64,000 bases of DNA from an uncultured virus (IMG/VR IMGVR_UViG_2061766007_000736). Taxonomy: Duplodnaviria; Heunggongvirae; Uroviricota; Caudoviricetes. Below, piece by piece: positions 36,701 to 48,214 of the stretch. The notes under the pieces were generated by a model. The model ran no database searches. It saw only the letters and a program-made list of their open reading frames with translations, and was not told the DNA's origin. How positions within the stretch are numbered: position 1 is the first letter of the stretch; every line of letters starts with the position of its first letter. The DNA is taken from the IMG/VR virus record IMGVR_UViG_2061766007_000736. One strand, given 5' to 3'. The position numbers were made by a program, and so were the translations under genes.

Positions 36701-39273
36701 AATGAAGACTTTTTAATACAGTTGATAGTCCTCTTGTTAACATAGGAAAAGAAAATGATATATTTGTAATGGTTTGAAGTAACCTTTGTCCTCCAGATAA
36801 ATCAGAATTTTTCCAAATACTTCCTAAATTTTGGACTTGTTGAATTCCCATAGCAACTTGAGAGATTCCACCTACCATTTGAGTTATATCTTGAGCATTA
36901 ATTTTCTTATTAAAAAACTCAGTTAAATTTTCATTTTGTTTTTGAGCTAAAATTAATGCAGAAGAAGCTTCTTGTAAACGCTTTTTTAATCTTTCAAGTC
37001 GTCCCTATTCAGCATCATCTATTGTTTGAGTGGTATCATTAATTATTCCTTGAATTACAGAAGCTAAATCAGAATAAATTTTTGAAATTTGATTTGAAGA
37101 CTGTTGCACATTAGATGGATCAAAGTGTAATGTACTTAATCTTGTTGTTATATCTCCAATAGAACGTTGTGCAGATTCAGTGAGGATATCAAAAAAGCTT
37201 CCCCCATCACTAGTGCTCATTGTCATAAAATCTTGTACGGTATTGTCTAATAAGATTTTAAAATTTTCAAAATTAGTGCTAAAATCAGCGCTTGAGAAAC
37301 TAGCTTGTAATTCTTCATACGCTTCTCCCAAATCTGTAATGCGTTCACGTGCTGGCTATAATTCTGATAACAAATTATTAAGAGCATTAGTAATTAAATC
37401 AACTCCAACAGAGCTTGCTAACATTTCATCTAAATCGCCATAGCCTAAAGCTACTATATCAATATTTTGACCTAATGAAAGAAAACTTTTTTCTAAAAGT
37501 TCTACTTTTTCATCTAAAATCATTTCTTTATTAGCAGCATCAACTAAATCTAATAAAGATTTACGCAAAGCATTTACATCTTCAGTAGGTAATCTTCCTG
37601 CAATATTTAGTATGTCTCCTGATTTATTAATTAATTCTTTAGTATAGTCATCTTCAGTAGCATTATTTAATTTTTCAACTTCAGCTAAAGCTAATTTTAC
37701 AGATTCTATATTTTGTTTATAAGCCTCTGCATTATTAATTGCGGTCTGAATACCATTTCCAATTTGTTGACTAAAAACAGTAATTCCAATAGCCCCCAAT
37801 GACTTAAAAACATTAACTCCGCCGCCTAAACTATCAACTAAATTTTCAATTAAAGTTGCTCCCTTAGAAAGTGCATCAATTAATCCATCAATAGTATCAG
37901 TATCAGCTAAGCTATCATATATACCTTCAACAGATGCTTTTAGTACCTTTAAATGTGCGGCAGTTGATTCCATATAAATATCGTTTTGCTCTTGTAAAGT
38001 ACCAACTGCACCTTGAGCAATCGCAAGTTCTTTGTTATATTGTTCAAAGTTATCAAATAAAGCTAACAGGTTATTGTATTGTCTTTGACCTGCCATGGTT
38101 TGTGCTAAATAGATTTGCTGTTCACGGGTCATAGTATCCCATTTAGCACCAATTTCCTCCATGACATCTCCCATATCACGAAGTTTTCCATTGACATCAA
38201 GCACACTAATTCCCATATTAGCCATTTTACCTGAGTAATTACCAAGAGTGACACCCTATTCATCTAATCCAGCTTGAATATCTGAAATACGTGCATAAAC
38301 AGTTCTTAATGCAGTACCAACTGATTCTGGAGCTTGTTTTGTAACAGAAATAATAGTTGCTAATTGAGCAGCAAGTTTATCTTCACCGACTCCCATTGCG
38401 GCAGCCGCACTCGCAACCTTACTCATACCTGTTGATAANNNNNNNNNNNNNNNNNNNNNNNNNNNNNNNNNNNNNNNNNNGTTCAGCTTCTTCTGCAGTA
38501 ACTTTATAACCATTCCACACAGCCGTTAACTGTTCAGAAATCGCATCTGTAGATTGTCCAGTAACGTTTGCTGCTTTTAAAGTGATTTTAGCACGCTCTT
38601 CAATTTCCGCATCACTTAAACCCTGTTGAGCATAAATTAACGCCGCATTTGTATAGTCAGTAGTTGATTTTCCTAATGATTTTGCGGCATTATTGGCTTG
38701 AACTGCAAAATTAGCCATCTCATCCGCCGATTTTCCAGTAACAACTCGAATGTCATTTAAAGATGAATCTAATGCTTTTGTATATCCCCAAGCCTGTTCA
38801 ATAGAACGAGTAACAGTATTTATAGCACTTGAGGCCATATGCCATTTTGCGGAATTAGCAAAGGTCTCTGCGACTTTATCTAATATTTGATGGCTTTCTT
38901 TTAATTGAGTATTAACTCCAGTTACTTGCATGGCCAAATCGCGGAAAGCTGCCTCTCCCTTTGCACCTGCTTGACTAAAACTTTGATAAACATCATTTAA
39001 ATTTAAATGCGATTTATTTAATTCTGCATTAAAAGTCTAAATATTAAAAGTATTTAATCTTGTATTAAATGCCTTATTTAAAGCTTTTTCAACTTCTCTA
39101 GCTTGATTGCTAATTTGTTTAAAAGACTCTCTTGCAGAAGAAATATCTGAATCATTAATCTTCATTATATCACTTAGCCTCATCCTCTGAAGCTATTGTA
39201 ATGAAGATTTAAGCTGATTCAAACTTTGTTGTTGGACCTCAAATCCAATACTATATTTAATTTGATTTGCCAT
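30764..39273 (-). CDS. Tail tape measure protein (~2830 aa, many TAG)
   Basis: ATG 39273. TP901-type core (LDSSLNDIRVVTGKS, APESVGTALRTVYAR, MAGQRQYNNL), long coiled coil, C-terminal TGGYTG...AILHQKEIVLN. Two N gaps. Confidence 0.9.
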
Positions 39274-39534
39274 ATCCTTTTATCTCCTTTATTATTAAAA
39301 AATAATAATTTANNNNNNNNNNNNNNNNNNNNNNNNNNNNNNNNNNNNNNNNNNNNNNNNNNNNNNNNNNNNNNNNNNNNNNNNNNNNNNNNNNNNNNNN
39401 NNNNNNNNNNNNNNNNNNNNNNNNNNNNNNNNNNNNNNNNNNNNNNNNNNNNNNNNNNNNNNNNNNNNNNNNNNNNNNNNNNNNNNNNNNNNTAGGTACA
39501 TTGAAAACTTAATATTTAAAAAAGGAGAAATTAT

Positions 39535-41058
39535 ATGTTGTAGAAAATCTTAATTATTTTGATTCCTATTATTGCAATCCTGGTCATAGGTTTACTCGTT
39601 GTATTAGCTAGTAAACTTATGTATAAAANNNNNNNNNNNNNNNNNNNNNNNNNNNNNNNNTTACAGGCCCAACAGGAACCCAAACAATCATTGGTAGAGG
39701 CTGTTTTGTAATTCCAATTCTTCAAAGAGTAGACTATTTATCTCTTGAAAATATGCAATCTGATTTTACATCTAAAGATGAAATTCCTACAAAAGATGCT
39801 ATTAACATTTATGTAGATGCTGTTGCAAACTTTTCTATTTCAACAAATCCAACACTACTTCCTAAAGCCGCTTCTAAATTTTTAGGGAAAAATGCTAGGG
39901 CTATTGAAGATATAGTAAGACCAGTTCTTGAAGGTAATATTCGAGAAATTATTTCTCAAACAACCCTAAAAGAACTTATTCAAGGGGATAAAAAAGTTTT
40001 TGCTGAACGAGTTATTCAAAATGTCACTCCTAACTTAGCAGATATGGGTCTTGAATTAACAACTTTTAATATCCAAAACTTTAAAGATAAAAATGGTGTA
40101 ATTCAAAACTTAGGTCTTGAAAATACAGTACAAATTAGTAAAGATGCTGCAATTTCAAAAGCAAAAGCTGAACAAGAAATTGCTATTGCAAAAGCTAACG
40201 CTCAAAAGACTGCTAATGAAGCTGAGGTGCAGGCAAAGACAGAAATTGCTGAACGTGAGAACTTACTTGCAATTAAAAAAGCTGAATTAAAGAAAACAGA
40301 AGATATTAAAAAGGCAGAAGCAGATGCTGCTTATCAGATTCAAGAAGAAGAACAACGTAAAACTATTGAAATTGCGACTGCTAATGCAAATCTGGCTCGT
40401 CAAGAGAAGGAAATTGAATTACAGGAACGTGCAGTTGTTATTCGCGAACGTAAACTGGAAGCAGAAGTAAAGAAAACTGCTGATGCTCAGAAATATGCTG
40501 CTCAGCAGGCATCTGATGCTCATCTTTATACAGTTCAAAAGGAATCTGAAGCTAATCTATTTGAAAGACAGAAAAAAGCTGAAGCTGAAAAATATGAAAC
40601 AGAACAGCAGGCAGAAGCAAAGAAAGCAAAAGCTGAAGCTGAAAAATTTGCTAAATTACAGGATGCAGAAGCCGTTCGCGCGGCTGGTGAAGCAGAAGCT
40701 GCTGCTATCTNNNNNNNNNNNNNNNNNNNNNNNNNNNNNNNNNNNNNNNNNNNNNNNNNNNNNNNNNNNAGCTGAAGCTATGAAGCAGTATGGTGAAGCT
40801 GCTAGAGACCAGCAGAAGTTAGATGCTATTAAAGTTTATTTTGAACAACTTCCTGCCATCGCCCAGGCTATTGGTGCCGGTTATGCAAATGTTGATAAAT
40901 TAATTATGTTTGGAGACGACACTTCAAAACTTAGTGGAAACATTATCAATAACATTACTCAGGTATCTGAAGGATTAAGTCAGTCACTTGGTATTGATAT
41001 GAAAGCACTAGCATCCGCAGTTATTGGTGGAAAGATTGTAGATTCAACAACTGAATAA
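39535..41058 (+). CDS. Flotillin/SPFH-domain membrane protein
   Basis: AAGGAG RBS, ML*KILIIL TM start, VLEGNIREII SPFH core, Ala/Glu coiled coil. Two gaps. Confidence 0.9.
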
Positions 41059-41230
41059 TGATATTAGCAAGGGAGATANNNNNNNNNNNNNNNNNNNNNN
41101 NNNNNNNNNNNNNNNNNNNNNNNNNNNNNNNNNNNNNNNNNNNNNNNNNNNNNNNNNNNNNNNNNNNNNNNNNNNNNNNNNNNNNNNNNNNNNNNNNNNN
41201 NNNNNNNNNNNNNNNNNNNNNNNNNNNNNN

Positions 41231-41440
41231 ATTATTTCAGAATCTGAGTTACTTGACCTTTTAACTACTTATCATTATGCTAATTGTTTAGATGCAGACG
41301 GAGTTGATAATTGGTCTTGGTATATGAATGGTAGAAAAGAATATCTAGGAGACTTTGAAGATTTCGAAGATAAGGCGAAAGATGATTTACAATATTATAC
41401 AAAAGTAGGAGAATAGAAAGGATGTGAAATAAATGCTTAA
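41231..41440 (+). CDS. Small phage protein, partial (GVDNW motif)
   Basis: IISESELLDLL...DGVDNWSWY. 5' end in gap. Ends at TAG 41414 or TAA 41438. Confidence 0.55.
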
Positions 41441-42699
41441 TAAAAACAAAGAAAGAGAACTTGCATATGTAGTTGTTATCGACGCGGTGACCCCGATTCC
41501 TGGTTACGATAGAGTGGAACTTGCTCATGTTGGTGGCTGGACTGTTGTAGTTGGTAAGGGCGAGTTTCATGCGGGAGACCCTGCAATTTATTTTGAAATT
41601 GACTCAAAACTTCCTGAGGTAGAGCCTTTTACTAACATGGAGTTTCTTGCAAAGAAAGGTTACAAAGTAAAAACTCAAAAGATGTGTAAATCCATCTCTC
41701 AAGGGCTTCTTATCTCTGCCGCAAGTTTTGGTTGGACTATTTGCAAAAAAAATAATGATAATCTTACTAATATTATAGTAGGAATTGTAGATAATAAAGA
41801 TTGTTATCATTGGACAAATGATGAATCTCGTTTCCTTACTAAGCAACTTGGTATAACTTATGCTGCTCCGGAAGATAATACTCGTAAGGCGAATTCTGTT
41901 GATAAATATAAGAAGATGGCACAGAGAAATGGTAAATTATTTTCTCATCAGCCTTTCCGCTGGCTTATGAAACGAGCTTGGGGTAGAAAACTTCTTTTCA
42001 CATTTTTTGGACGTAAAAGAGATAAAAATACAGGCTTCCCAACTCACTTTCCTTTTGTGAAAAAAACAGATCAGGAAAGATGCGAGAATATGAGTTGGGT
42101 ACTTAATGATAAAACTCCCTTTATTGTAACTCAGAAATGTGATGGAAGCTCTGGAACATATATTCTTGAAAAAAGAAAAAATTTCTTTGGAATTAAATAT
42201 GAATTCTATGTATGTAGCAGAAATGTACGACAGCTAACTCCTGAACAAAAATCTTTTTATGATGAAAACTACTATTGGGAATGTGCTATTAAATATGATA
42301 TTAAAAATAAGTTAAAAGATTATCTTGAAAAATACCCCTATCTTGACTATGTTTGTTGGCAAGGAGAGATATGTTCACCAAAAATTCAAAATAATCCGCA
42401 GGGTCTTACTGAAACCCACTTATTCTGTTTTCATATGATTGATTCTAAAATTGGTAAATATGATATTAGAGATGCAANNNNNNNNNNNNNNNNATATGGA
42501 AACCGTTCCTATTATTAATGAAAATTATATTCTTCCAGATGATTTTGAAGAATTTAAATTAACCGCAGATGGGATGTATGATTCGTCTGTTTGTGAGGGT
42601 AAGAAGAATCAAAAACGTGAAGGTTTTGTTTATTATAAAACAACTGATCCTAATTTTAGTTTTAAAAATGTAAGTAGAGATTATTTATTAAATCATTAA
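41433..42699 (+). CDS. ATP-dependent RNA ligase (DRB0094/Rnl2-like)
   Basis: N-terminal PIPGYDRVELAHVGGW..YFEIDS domain, nucleotidyltransferase motifs KCDGSS, VCSRN, QGE, REGFV, SFKNVS. Joined across a short gap. Confidence 0.88.
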
Positions 42700-42706
42700 A
42701 AAATTT

Positions 42707-42747
42707 TGGTCAATTTAAAATAACCTTATTTACAGAATTTTCATATA
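42707..42747 (+). promoter_or_regulatory. Phage-specific promoter-like motif (copy 2)
   Basis: TGGTCA-N8-TAA-N14-TTTTCATATA upstream of an endonuclease gene. Confidence 0.55.
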
Positions 42748-42783
42748 AAATAGACGGAAAATATTTTCCGTCTATTTTATATG
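42742..42783. repeat. Perfect 42-bp palindrome
   Basis: CATATAAAATAGACGGAAAAT/ATTTTCCGTCTATTTTATATG. Confidence 0.9.
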
Positions 42784-42803
42784 TTTTTAATAAGGAGAAA
42801 TAA

Positions 42804-43283
42804 ATGAGTAAAGTAATTGATATGACTGGACAAACCTTTGGAAAATTAACTGTTTTAAGTAGAGTGGAAAATGATAAATATGGTAAAGCTCAATGGCTTT
42901 GTCAATGTTAGTGTGGTAATCAAAAAATTATAAATGGAGCATCTCTAAGAAAAGGACTTACTCAATCCTGCGGATGTCAAAAATTAGCAAAACTTAAACA
43001 ATATAACGAAAAAAATGTTGTTAATTAGATAGGAAATAAATATGGAAAATTAACTGTAATAAGTAGAAATACAGATCCAAAATATGCAATAGATGGACGA
43101 GCAATGTGGAATTGTAAATGTGACTGTGGTAATATATGCGTTGTATCTGGAAAAAATTTAAGAAATGGTCATACCAGCTCATGTGGATGTAAAATTAAAT
43201 CAAAAGGAGAAAGTATTATTCAATGGCTATTAGATAAAAGTGATTTAAATTATAGCACACAATATACTGTAAAAATTAATCAA
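42804..43283 (+). CDS. Putative homing endonuclease with CxCxCG...SCGC repeats (3' part in gap; TAG read-through)
   Basis: DMTGQTFGKLTV, WLCQC*CGN, SCGC twice, SKGE. Paralogue of 56408..57136. Confidence 0.75.
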
Positions 43284-43995
43284 NNNNNNNNNNNNNNNNN
43301 NNNNNNNNNNNNNNNNNNNNNNNNNNNNNNNNNNNNNNNNNNNNNNNNNNNNNNNNNNNNNNNNNNNNNNNNNNNNNNNNNNNNNNNNNNNNNNNNNNNN
43401 NNNNNNNNNNNNNNNNNNNNNNNNNNNNNNNNNNNNNNNNNNNNNNNNNNNNNNNNNNNNNNNNNNNNNNNNNNNNNNNNNNNNNNNNNNNNNNNNNNNN
43501 NNNNNNNNNNNNNNNNNNNNNNNNNNNNNNNNNNNNNNNNNNNNNNNNNNNNNNNNNNNNNNNNNNNNNNNNNNNNNNNNNNNNNNNNNNNNNNNNNNNN
43601 NNNNNNNNNNNNNNNNNNNNNNNNNNNNNNNNNNNNNNNNNNNNNNNNNNNNNNNNNNNNNNNNNNNNNNNNNNNNNNNNNNNNNNNNNNNNNNNNNNNN
43701 NNNNNNNNNNNNNNNNNNNNNNNNNNNNNNNNNNNNNNNNNNNNNNNNNNNNNNNNNNNNNNNNNNNNNNNNNNNNNNNNNNNNNNNNNNNNNNNNNNNN
43801 NNNNNNNNNNNNNNNNNNNNNNNNNNNNNNNNNNNNNNNNNNNNNNNNNNNNNNNNNNNNNNNNNNNNNNNNNNNNNNNNNNNNNNNNNNNNNNNNNNNN
43901 NNNNNNNNNNNNNTTTATAAAAATGAATATAATGTTCATCTTCCTAAAATAATTATTAATGTTATTAATAAAGAAGAAGAGGGAGGTTTTACTTT

Positions 43996-44280
43996 TTGAC
44001 TTTTAATATTTCAGAAATGTATTGCATTTATTGTGGTAACAAAGGAATTGCTATTCCCAGAAGAAATGGCAGATATAAGGAGCCAGGTCACCTCAAAAAA
44101 CTATATTGTGTTCATTGTAAAACTGAAACAAATCATGTAGAAATTCGACCTTTTTGCAGCGATTATAATTATGAAGATTTTAAACTTGAAAAAGAATATC
44201 ATAATTTTGATGAACATGGCAATAGAAAAGAACCGTATAGAATTTTTAGAGGTAAATTAAAACAGGAAGGGGTTATTTAA
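43996..44280 (+). CDS. Zinc-ribbon protein, ribosomal bL33-like pattern
   Basis: CIYC...HLKKLYCVHCKTETNHVE. GGAGG RBS. Confidence 0.6.
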   Translation: MTFNISEMYCIYCGNKGIAIPRRNGRYKEPGHLKKLYCVHCKTETNHVEIRPFCSDYNYEDFKLEKEYHNFDEHGNRKEPYRIFRGKLKQEGVI

Positions 44281-44284
44281 AATT

Positions 44285-44788
44285 ATGACAATGAAGAACT
44301 TATTTATTATGTGCGGGCTCCCTGGGGCAGGAAAATCAACGCTTCTTAAAAACATCGTTAAATCAGAAAATTCTGTCATCATTTCTCGTGATGCTATTCG
44401 TTTTTCTTTAGTTCATCCTAATGAAGAATATTTTTCTCATGAAGATGAGGTAACTGCAACTTTTTGGGAACAAATTAATACAGCTCTCGCAGAAGGAAAA
44501 AATGTTTTTGCAGACCAGACCTCTTTAACTCCTAAAGCAAGAAAATGGTTACTTGACCATGTTCATGGCTATGAGAAAGTCCATATTATTTGGGTAGATG
44601 CAGACTCAGAGTCTTGCTTAGAAAGAAATGAAAACCGCAAAGGAACTCGTGCTTATGTTCCTAGAGGGGTCATCCGCCGCATGGACAATCAGTTTATTGA
44701 ACCCACTTTTGATGAGGGATTTGATTACATCTGGCGTTATGACCCCGAAACAAATGAATTAACTTGTAAAGGAAAGGAGATAAAATGA
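44285..44788 (+). CDS. Polynucleotide kinase-like P-loop protein (AAA_33)
   Basis: MCGLPGAGKST, ISRDAIR, DQT, CLERNENR. Confidence 0.85.
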   Translation: MTMKNLFIMCGLPGAGKSTLLKNIVKSENSVIISRDAIRFSLVHPNEEYFSHEDEVTATFWEQINTALAEGKNVFADQTSLTPKARKWLLDHVHGYEKVHIIWVDADSESCLERNENRKGTRAYVPRGVIRRMDNQFIEPTFDEGFDYIWRYDPETNELTCKGKEIK

Positions 44789-45324
44789 TTTACTTTACAT
44801 CAGATTTACATCTTAATCATAATAAAGATTTTATTTATAAACCCCGCGGATTTAATACTGTTTCAGAAATGAATAAAGCAATTCTTAAAAACTTTAAAGA
44901 AATAATTTCTCCGGAAGATGACCTTTATATTCTTGGAGATATTTTTCTTGGAGAACTTGAACCAGGACTTGAACTTTTTAAACAGCTTCCTGGGAAAATC
45001 CATATTATTTGGGGCAATCATGATACAAACAACAGAATAAAGAATATCGTTAATTGTGATAATGTTGTAGAAGTAATTGGCTATGCGGGTATGATAAAAT
45101 ATAAGAAACAAATGTTTTATCTTAGTCACTATCCCACTCTTACCGATAATTATGACACAGATAAGCCTCTTAAACAAAGAGTTCTTTGTCTTGCTGGTCA
45201 TACACATTTAAAAGAAAAATTTGATAATTGTGGTTCTTATAATGTTGCAGTAGATGCTCATAATTGTTTTCCTGTATCTATTGATGAAATCATTGAAGAT
45301 TTTAAAAATAAGGACAAGAATTAA
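44785..45324 (+). CDS. Calcineurin-like metallophosphoesterase
   Basis: FTSDLH, LGD, GNHD, SHYP, GHTH. Confidence 0.9.
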   Translation: MIYFTSDLHLNHNKDFIYKPRGFNTVSEMNKAILKNFKEIISPEDDLYILGDIFLGELEPGLELFKQLPGKIHIIWGNHDTNNRIKNIVNCDNVVEVIGYAGMIKYKKQMFYLSHYPTLTDNYDTDKPLKQRVLCLAGHTHLKEKFDNCGSYNVAVDAHNCFPVSIDEIIEDFKNKDKN

Positions 45325-45402
45325 TAATTGAATATCTATATTTTTAATATCCTTTAGAGAAGAACATTCTCTAAAGGATTTATTTTTTATGGAGGTATTC
45401 AA

Positions 45403-45672
45403 ATGAATTTAAAAATTAGATTTAGAAATCCTGTTTTTCTTGCTCAATTAGTTTTAGCAATTTTACTTCCAATTCTAACATATGCAGGTTTAACAGTTCA
45501 AGATTTAACATCATGGGAAATTCTTGGTGTTATTTTAGTTGATGCTATTCGTAATCCATATGTTTTATCTTTGATTGTGGTTTCTGTCTGGAATGCTCTG
45601 AATGACCCTACAACTGCAGGTCTTACAGATAGTGCTCAAGCCATGACGTATGATAAACCTAGAAAAGGTTGA
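45403..45672 (+). CDS. Holin, phiLC3 family
   Basis: MNLKIRFRNPVF...DPTTAGLTDS, two TM segments, precedes the lysins. Confidence 0.9.
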   Translation: MNLKIRFRNPVFLAQLVLAILLPILTYAGLTVQDLTSWEILGVILVDAIRNPYVLSLIVVSVWNALNDPTTAGLTDSAQAMTYDKPRKG

Positions 45673-45690
45673 TAAAAAGGAGAATAGTTT

Positions 45691-46662
45691 ATGGATATAG
45701 TTAATTTCATTATAAAAAATCAAATAACAAATGAAAATTGGAATGACATAAATGAGGCTCTTAATAATCACGATGACCTTATTACTCAAATGGCTCTTGC
45801 AGTATCTCAAGGTAAATATGGTACTGGAGAAGAGCGAGCTGCCGCTCTTGGAGTTTATAATAGTTAGGTTCAAGCAAAAATTAATTGGGCATATAAAACC
45901 GCTCAAGATGTATGGGCTGGTAAATATGGTTCTGGAGAAAAGCGCAAAGAAACTTTTGGCAAAGACTATGATTTAATTCAATATTGGGTAAATACATTAG
46001 TTCCATCCGCGATTTATGGACCATCAAATGTTAAATATACAACAGATAATGGTGGAAAAAGATATGTTATTAAAGATATTCCAACTGCAAAAGGAAAAAT
46101 GACATTAAAATCTTATAATCAACATAAACAAGGTGATAATCCATTTAAATTCGACGGTAGCGGCTGTGGCTTCATGAGTTTTTATAGTATTATATCTTCT
46201 GTAAATAAATTAGACACTTTGCCTAAAGATTATGCTACAAAAAATTTAAAACGTGTTACTAATGGTACTAAATGTCCAATCAGTCTCTGGGCTGGATGCA
46301 AACTTTTAGATGATGCAAGCATTAAATACACTTGGGTAAAAGGTCCTTTAAAAACAAAAGAAGTTGAAAAGGATATTCAAGCTCATCTCGAAAAAGGTAT
46401 GCCAGTTATTGTATCTTTATCATATGCCGACCGCGATGGAAAAATAACCAAAAAATATACCAATTATGCTCATTATAGCGTTATTTCTTTTGCCACAAAA
46501 GATGGTAAATGGTATTTAAATGATTCTGGTGCTAAACTTCCTAGATATGTAGACCCTGATGATATATGTAAATATATTCCAGGCACTAAGTTGAAACCTG
46601 ATTATGATCCGATTTGGAACGGTTGGACAAACGCGGGTGGTTATGTAAAAATCAATTTATAA
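45691..46662 (+). CDS. Cell-wall hydrolase: Cpl-7 (CW_7) repeats plus C39-like peptidase (1 TAG)
   Basis: GKYGTGEER and GKYGSGEKR repeats. Joined via TAG 45865 to ORF 46099 with SGCG, HY and LNDS. Confidence 0.75.
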
Positions 46663-46686
46663 TATTAAAGAAAGGAGATAAAAGGA

Positions 46687-48214
46687 TTGACAAAAATAAA
46701 AGGTATAGATATATCTTACTATCAAGGTAAAGTAGATTTTGAAAAAGTTGCAAATGATGGAATTAGATTTGCAATTCTTAGATAGGGATATAGAAAAACT
46801 ATTGATTCAAAATTTATTGAATATGTAAAAGGATGTCAAAATAATAATATCTATATTATGGTATATCATTTTATTTATACCGATGGAGCGACTCCTGAAC
46901 AAAATGCTCAGTCAACTTATGATAATATCAAAAAAGCTGGACTTGACCCAGCAAAAACCTGGATTGCCGCAGACCTTGAATATGATACTTGGAAAAAAAA
47001 TAAAGAGAAATGCACAAAAGCTAAATGCACTCAATATACCAAGGAATATTTATAGGCTTTAAAAGCATTAGGTTGTAATAAATTACTTATTTATACAAAT
47101 AATGATTATTACAAAAATTATTATGACTGGTCTCAGCTTTCATATCCAATTTGGTTAGCTGATTATGCTGGAGACCCTGACCGAAATTGCGTTATTCAAC
47201 AATATACCAGTTCTGGAAAAGTAAATGGTATTAATGGAAATGTTGATTTAGATTATTTATTTGATGAATCTATGTTACCAAAACAATAGTCACAAATAAG
47301 CAAAATAGTTGCGGCAACCNNNNNNNNNNNNNNNNNNNNAAATTGGTTATCTAGAAAAGAAAACCAATGCTTCTCTTGATAATAAAACTGCAAATGCAGG
47401 TTCTAATAATTATACAAAATTTGCAAGAGATTTTGACCAAAAATATCCTCGTTGGTACAACGGAAGAAAAAATGGATATGCTTGGTGTGATATGTTTGTT
47501 GACTGGTGCTTTTTACAAGCATTTGGTTATAATAAAGCATTAGAATTATTATGCCAACCAGAAAAATCTCTTGGCGCAGGTTGTAAATATTCTTATCGTT
47601 ATTTTAAAAACAAAGGACAAGCTGGAAGAGTTCCTTCTATTGGTGCCCAAATCTTCTTTGGTAATACCGAAGATACTATAAATCATACAGGATTAGTTTA
47701 TAAGATTGATGGAGCCTATGTTTATACTATTGAAGGTAACTCTGAGAACCAAGTTGCTTATAGAAAATATAACAGAGGCGCTCCAGGATTATGGTATGGT
47801 TATCCTAAATACGATTCTGAATCAACAGTAACGATCCCTGAGCAAAAAACAACGTCTGATTTATCTATTGGCTCAACAGGTGATGCAGTAAAANNNNNNN
47901 NNNNNNNNNNCTTGGTTATCCTTGTACAGTAGATGGTGTTTTTGGTAATAAAACTCAAGCTGCATTTAAAAAATTTCAACAAGAAAATAATCTTACAGTT
48001 GATGGTGTATATGGTCCCAAATCAAAAGCAAAGATGACTTCACTTTTAACAAAAGAAGAAACTACTACATCAGCTGAAACTGAAACAAATTATAATAGTT
48101 CTAAAATTGCGGCAGCTAAATCATTTAATTCAGCTATTGCTAAAACATATACTACAACCGCAAAATTAAATCTTCGCACAGGCCCAGGTATGTCATATGA
48201 TATTATTACTATGA
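46687..48214 (+). CDS. Multidomain endolysin: GH25 + CHAP + PG-binding + SH3b (TAG read-through; 3' end in gap)
   Basis: TTG start. GIDISYYQG, ADLEY, QYTSSG..GNVDLD (GH25); AWCDMFV, HTGLV, TIEGN (CHAP); VDGVFG..T (PG_binding_1); LNLRTGPG (SH3). Continuity across gaps is assumed. Confidence 0.8.
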
